Shown piece by piece: positions 57,630 through 60,918 of a stretch of DNA of 60,918 nucleotides; position 1 is the first letter of the stretch; every line of letters starts with the position of its first letter. The notes below the pieces were generated by a model. That model was not told where the DNA came from and did no database searches. It saw nothing but the letters and a program-made list of their open reading frames with translations. This DNA comes from an uncultured bacterium (lineage in GTDB: Bacteria; Cyanobacteriota; Vampirovibrionia; Gastranaerophilales; Gastranaerophilaceae). Made by a program: the position numbers and the translations under genes. Where the stretch lies: assembly GCA_902796925.1 (NCBI GenBank), contig CADBQW010000052.1, positions 1-60,918 on the forward strand, read 5' to 3'.

Positions 57630-58187
57630 ATGAAAAAGATAATTATATTTGTTATTACTACATTGTTTTTTTCTGCCCCTACTTTTGCGGATGATATTTG
57701 GGACAGTTATCAGGATACAAACTTCTACGGAAAAACTCAGGCTGTATCTGATGAAGATTTTGAAAAAGCATTAGAATCTAAAAAACAGAAAAAAAACTTT
57801 TTTGGTTTTACAATAAAGCCAAAAACAAATAAAAATATTCCCAAAGGAGAAGAATTTCGCCAAAGTGACGAAACAACGTACATAACGGAAACCTATAAAG
57901 ATTATCCGGTCATAACGATACCTCTTGACTTAATTATTGACGAAAAAACTATTTTACCCGTAGGACATTATCAAGTTGAGGGCGAAAAAGAAAATAATAA
58001 AGTGTATTTGAAATTTTATCAAGCAGGAGAGTTAATTGCAAAAACCCCTGCAATCACTACAAGCGATGATTACGATCAGGAAAACGTTAATTTTGCTGAG
58101 TGCCGTGAGTTTGATGAAAATCGTATTGAAATTATTTTCGGTTCTTTGGATTTTAATGCTTATACACTTGTTAATATATATAAATAA
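57630..58187 (+). CDS. Hypothetical secreted protein
   Basis: A Sec-type signal peptide MKKIIIFVITTLFFSAPTFA followed by DD. I recognised no family. Confidence 0.6.
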   Translation: MKKIIIFVITTLFFSAPTFADDIWDSYQDTNFYGKTQAVSDEDFEKALESKKQKKNFFGFTIKPKTNKNIPKGEEFRQSDETTYITETYKDYPVITIPLDLIIDEKTILPVGHYQVEGEKENNKVYLKFYQAGELIAKTPAITTSDDYDQENVNFAECREFDENRIEIIFGSLDFNAYTLVNIYK

Positions 58188-58241
58188 TTGTGTATTATTC
58201 AAGATTTTATAGTAGAATTAAGGAAAAGGAAAGAGGAAGTT

Positions 58242-59294
58242 ATGTATTATCAAGGGTTAATTAACACATTCAGAGAATATTTACCGGTAAGTGAAAAAAC
58301 TCCGGTAGTAACATTGAATGAAGGCAATACCCCACTCATAAAGGCTGATAACTTAGCTAAAAAAATAGGGCTGGAGGCAGAAATATATTTAAAATTTGAG
58401 GGTTCAAACCCGACAGGAAGTTTCAAAGATCGCGGGATGACAATGGCTGTATCAAAAGCCAAAGAAGAAGTCTCCGTTGCAATCATTTGTGCATCAACCG
58501 GTAATACTTCAGCTTCTGCGGCAGCCTATGGCGCTAAAGCAGGTTTGAAAACTTTTGTATTAATTCCTGATGGCTACGTAGCTCTCGGAAAACTCTCACA
58601 AGCTATGATGTACGGTGCTAAAATTATAGCAATTCAGGGCAATTTTGATCAGGCTCTTGATGCTGTTAGAAAAATATCTGAAAAATATGGCATAACCCTT
58701 GTGAATTCAGTTAACCCATACAGGATAGAAGGACAAAAAACGGGTGCGTTTGAAATTTGTAATGCCCTCGGACAAGCCCCTGATTATCATTTTATCCCGG
58801 TTGGCAACGCAGGGAACATTCGCGCATATTGGAAGGGTTACAAAGAATTTTATAACGCAGGAAAAATCAAAAATCTTCCCAAAATGATGGGATTTGAAGC
58901 TGAAGGTGCCGCGGCTATTGTAAAAGGCGAAAGAATAATGAAACCTGAAACACTTGCAACCGCAATCAGAATAGGTAATCCGGCAAGTTGGACAGAAGCT
59001 GTTGAGGCTCGCGATGAAAGTAACGGGATAATAAATTTTGTAACCGATGATGAAATAGTTAATGCCTACAAAATGACGGCATCGCTTGAAGGAATACTTG
59101 CCGAACCTGCAAGCAACGCTTCCGTCGCCGGTTTAATCAAATTTAAAGACAAAATAAAACCGGGTTCAAAAGTTGTATGTATTTTGACCGGAAATGGTTT
59201 AAAAGATCCGGATAATGCTATAAAATTTGCAAGTACCGATGTAGTAAAAACTTCTACAAATCTGGATGAAATTTTGAGGGTAATGAATATCTAA
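58242..59294 (+). CDS. thrC: Threonine synthase
   Basis: PLP-lysine motif [14 protein letters not shown] and a GNAGN loop. The ATG at 58242 follows a GGAAAGAGGAAG Shine-Dalgarno region; the track start at 58188 is a TTG. Confidence 0.9.
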   Translation: MYYQGLINTFREYLPVSEKTPVVTLNEGNTPLIKADNLAKKIGLEAEIYLKFEGSNPTGSFKDRGMTMAVSKAKEEVSVAIICASTGNTSASAAAYGAKAGLKTFVLIPDGYVALGKLSQAMMYGAKIIAIQGNFDQALDAVRKISEKYGITLVNSVNPYRIEGQKTGAFEICNALGQAPDYHFIPVGNAGNIRAYWKGYKEFYNAGKIKNLPKMMGFEAEGAAAIVKGERIMKPETLATAIRIGNPASWTEAVEARDESNGIINFVTDDEIVNAYKMTASLEGILAEPASNASVAGLIKFKDKIKPGSKVVCILTGNGLKDPDNAIKFASTDVVKTSTNLDEILRVMNI

Positions 59295-59297
59295 TTT

Positions 59298-60918
59298 ATG
59301 AAAACAGAACTTTTAGCTCCGGCCAAAGATAAAGAAACAGCCTTCGCAGCCATAAATGCCGGTTGTGATGCATTATACATTGGTGCAAATCTTTTTGGTG
59401 CAAGGCAGGCTGCCGGAAATTCTATTGAAGATATAAAAGAAATTGTTAATTATGCTCACAAATTTTACGTAAGGGTTCATGTCACAATTAACACAATATT
59501 GACAGACGAAGAACTTGTTGAAGCTCAAAAATTAATAGAAAAGCTATACAATATAGGGGTAGATGCAATTATAGTTCAAGATATGGGAATTTTCAAATTG
59601 GCACTTGAGGGGAAATTACCACCTATTGCACTTCATGCAAGCACTCAATGTAACAATAGAACGTTAGAAAAAATTCAATTTTTTGACAGACTTGGAGTTT
59701 CCAGAGTAATATTAGCAAGGGAACTCTCAATTCCTCAAATTGAAACTATCTGCAAAAATACCTCTTGTGAAATAGAAACTTTTATTCACGGAGCACTCTG
59801 TGTTTGTTATAGCGGTCAATGTTATTTGAGCCATTCGATTGGCGGGCGTTCTGCAAACAGAGGGCAATGCGCTCAACCGTGTAGAAAAAAATATACTCTC
59901 GTAAATGAGCAAGGTAAAATTTTGGCAAAAAGCAAGCACCTTTTAAGCCTAAAAGATTTTAACTGTTCAAAACATATTCAAAGATTGGTTGATGCCGGTG
60001 TTAAATCTTTTAAAATTGAAGGCAGGTTAAAGGATAAGAATTACGTTAAAAATGTAGTATTTTCTTATCGAAAAGAGCTTGACAAATATTCTCAAAAAGC
60101 ATCTTCAGGTAAAATTTTTACTGATTTTATACCGGACATTAATAAAACATTTAATCGCGAATATACGGATTATTTTTTAGAAAAAAGAAAAGTCTGCTAC
60201 AATTTTGAAACCCCAAAATTTAAGGGCGAAAAGCTCGGAAAGGTTAAATTTGCAGGTAAAAACTTTATTGAAATTGATACAGAAGAAAAAATTCGTAACC
60301 AAGATGGACTCTGCTACTTCAAAAACGGCGAATTAGCAGGATTCCTTGTTAACAGAGTTGATAAGAATCAAATATATCCTTCAAAAGTTATTGACATCAA
60401 AATTGGAGACATAATTTACCGAAATTACGACAGAGAATTTGACGACAAAATAAAATCAGCAAAATTCAAGCGAAAGATTAAGGTTGACTTCAAATTTTCA
60501 AAGGATGTACTTTTGGCAATCGATGAAGATAAAAATGAATCAAAAATCAAATTATTAGAAAATAAATCACCACAAAATCCCCCAAAGATGATTGAAAATT
60601 TCAAAAATCAACTCAAAAAAACGGGAGAAACTGATTTTTATACGGGCAAAATTGAAATTTTAAGCGATTTACCTTTTATCCCAATTTCAAAAATTAACGA
60701 GTACCGTCGAATATTACTCGATGAACTCATGAAAGAAAGACTTAAAAACTACAAACGAGATGTTCAAAACAATATCTCTGCCACAAATTTTCCTCTAAAA
60801 GAAATAGATTACCATGGCAATGTACACAACCAAAAAGCCAAAGAATTCTACGAGATTTGCCACTGTAATGTTAAAGAATTTAGCATAGAAAGCGGCTCAA
60901 ATCCTCAAAATTTTGAAC
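59298..60918 (+). CDS. Peptidase U32 family protein (5' part; ORF runs off the window end)
   Basis: My own translation gives MKTELLAPAKDKETAFAAINAGCDALYIGANLFGARQAA...VHVTINTIL...IIVQDMG and the Cys block GALCVCYSGQCYLSHSIGGRSANRGQCAQPCR, typical of U32 proteins. It is open to the last base of the window. Confidence 0.8.
   Translation, partial: MKTELLAPAKDKETAFAAINAGCDALYIGANLFGARQAAGNSIEDIKEIVNYAHKFYVRVHVTINTILTDEELVEAQKLIEKLYNIGVDAIIVQDMGIFKLALEGKLPPIALHASTQCNNRTLEKIQFFDRLGVSRVILARELSIPQIETICKNTSCEIETFIHGALCVCYSGQCYLSHSIGGRSANRGQCAQPCRKKYTLVNEQGKILAKSKHLLSLKDFNCSKHIQRLVDAGVKSFKIEGRLKDKNYVKNVVFSYRKELDKYSQKASSGKIFTDFIPDINKTFNREYTDYFLEKRKVCYNFETPKFKGEKLGKVKFAGKNFIEIDTEEKIRNQDGLCYFKNGELAGFLVNRVDKNQIYPSKVIDIKIGDIIYRNYDREFDDKIKSAKFKRKIKVDFKFSKDVLLAIDEDKNESKIKLLENKSPQNPPKMIENFKNQLKKTGETDFYTGKIEILSDLPFIPISKINEYRRILLDELMKERLKNYKRDVQNNISATNFPLKEIDYHGNVHNQKAKEFYEICHCNVKEFSIESGSNPQNFE

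Noticed and set aside
1-60918. CRISPR arrays, tRNA, rRNA or tmRNA genes, and integrase or transposase genes
   Set aside because: No regularly spaced repeats were seen, and no T-arm or acceptor-like tRNA signatures appeared in any intergenic region over 80 bp. The GC island at 24087-24240 was checked and does not fold as a tRNA. No ORF carries recombinase or DDE signatures.

Overview
This is a 60.9-kb low-GC bacterial chromosome segment. An RpaB/Ycf27-like response regulator sits near a flagellar block (fliE, fliF, fliG-like, fliH, flhA), and no photosynthesis genes are present. By inference only, this suggests a non-photosynthetic sister lineage of cyanobacteria (Melainabacteria/Vampirovibrionia-like). 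Most of the window is housekeeping: a glycan-modification trio (GtrA, FkbM methyltransferase, GT2), glnA, efp, accB, accC, recF, ffh, miaA, gcvPB, a FliA-like sigma factor, a tandem Usp protein, rsmE, cca, mnmG, mntP, ubiE, nadK, priA, dapB, thrC and a partial U32 peptidase. Between yidD and rsmE lies a ~12-kb phage-derived head, packaging and lysis cluster (24289-36231), all on the minus strand. It encodes TerS, TerL, portal, a P22-type coat protein, a scaffold-like protein, two peptidoglycan hydrolases, a GNAT pair and a LuxR-type regulator. I could not recognise any integrase, repressor, replication gene or tail fibre in it, which makes it the strongest candidate for an unusual system: a GTA-like or satellite-like element, or else a decaying prophage. 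Inside or beside it I see a GC-rich island with a G13 tract, a 74-bp direct repeat marking a cassette scar, a peptide motif shared by the scaffold-like protein and a GH108 muramidase, and several strong intrinsic terminators. Other second-look items are a FliG-position protein that lacks the torque domain, and a tandem pair of large paralogous membrane proteins (38826-42173) whose N-terminal K-x-Q-x-x-F-G-G-like motif recurs in a third small protein. I recognised no rRNA, tRNA or CRISPR array. All functional calls come from reading the translated ORFs for family signatures; no database search was run.
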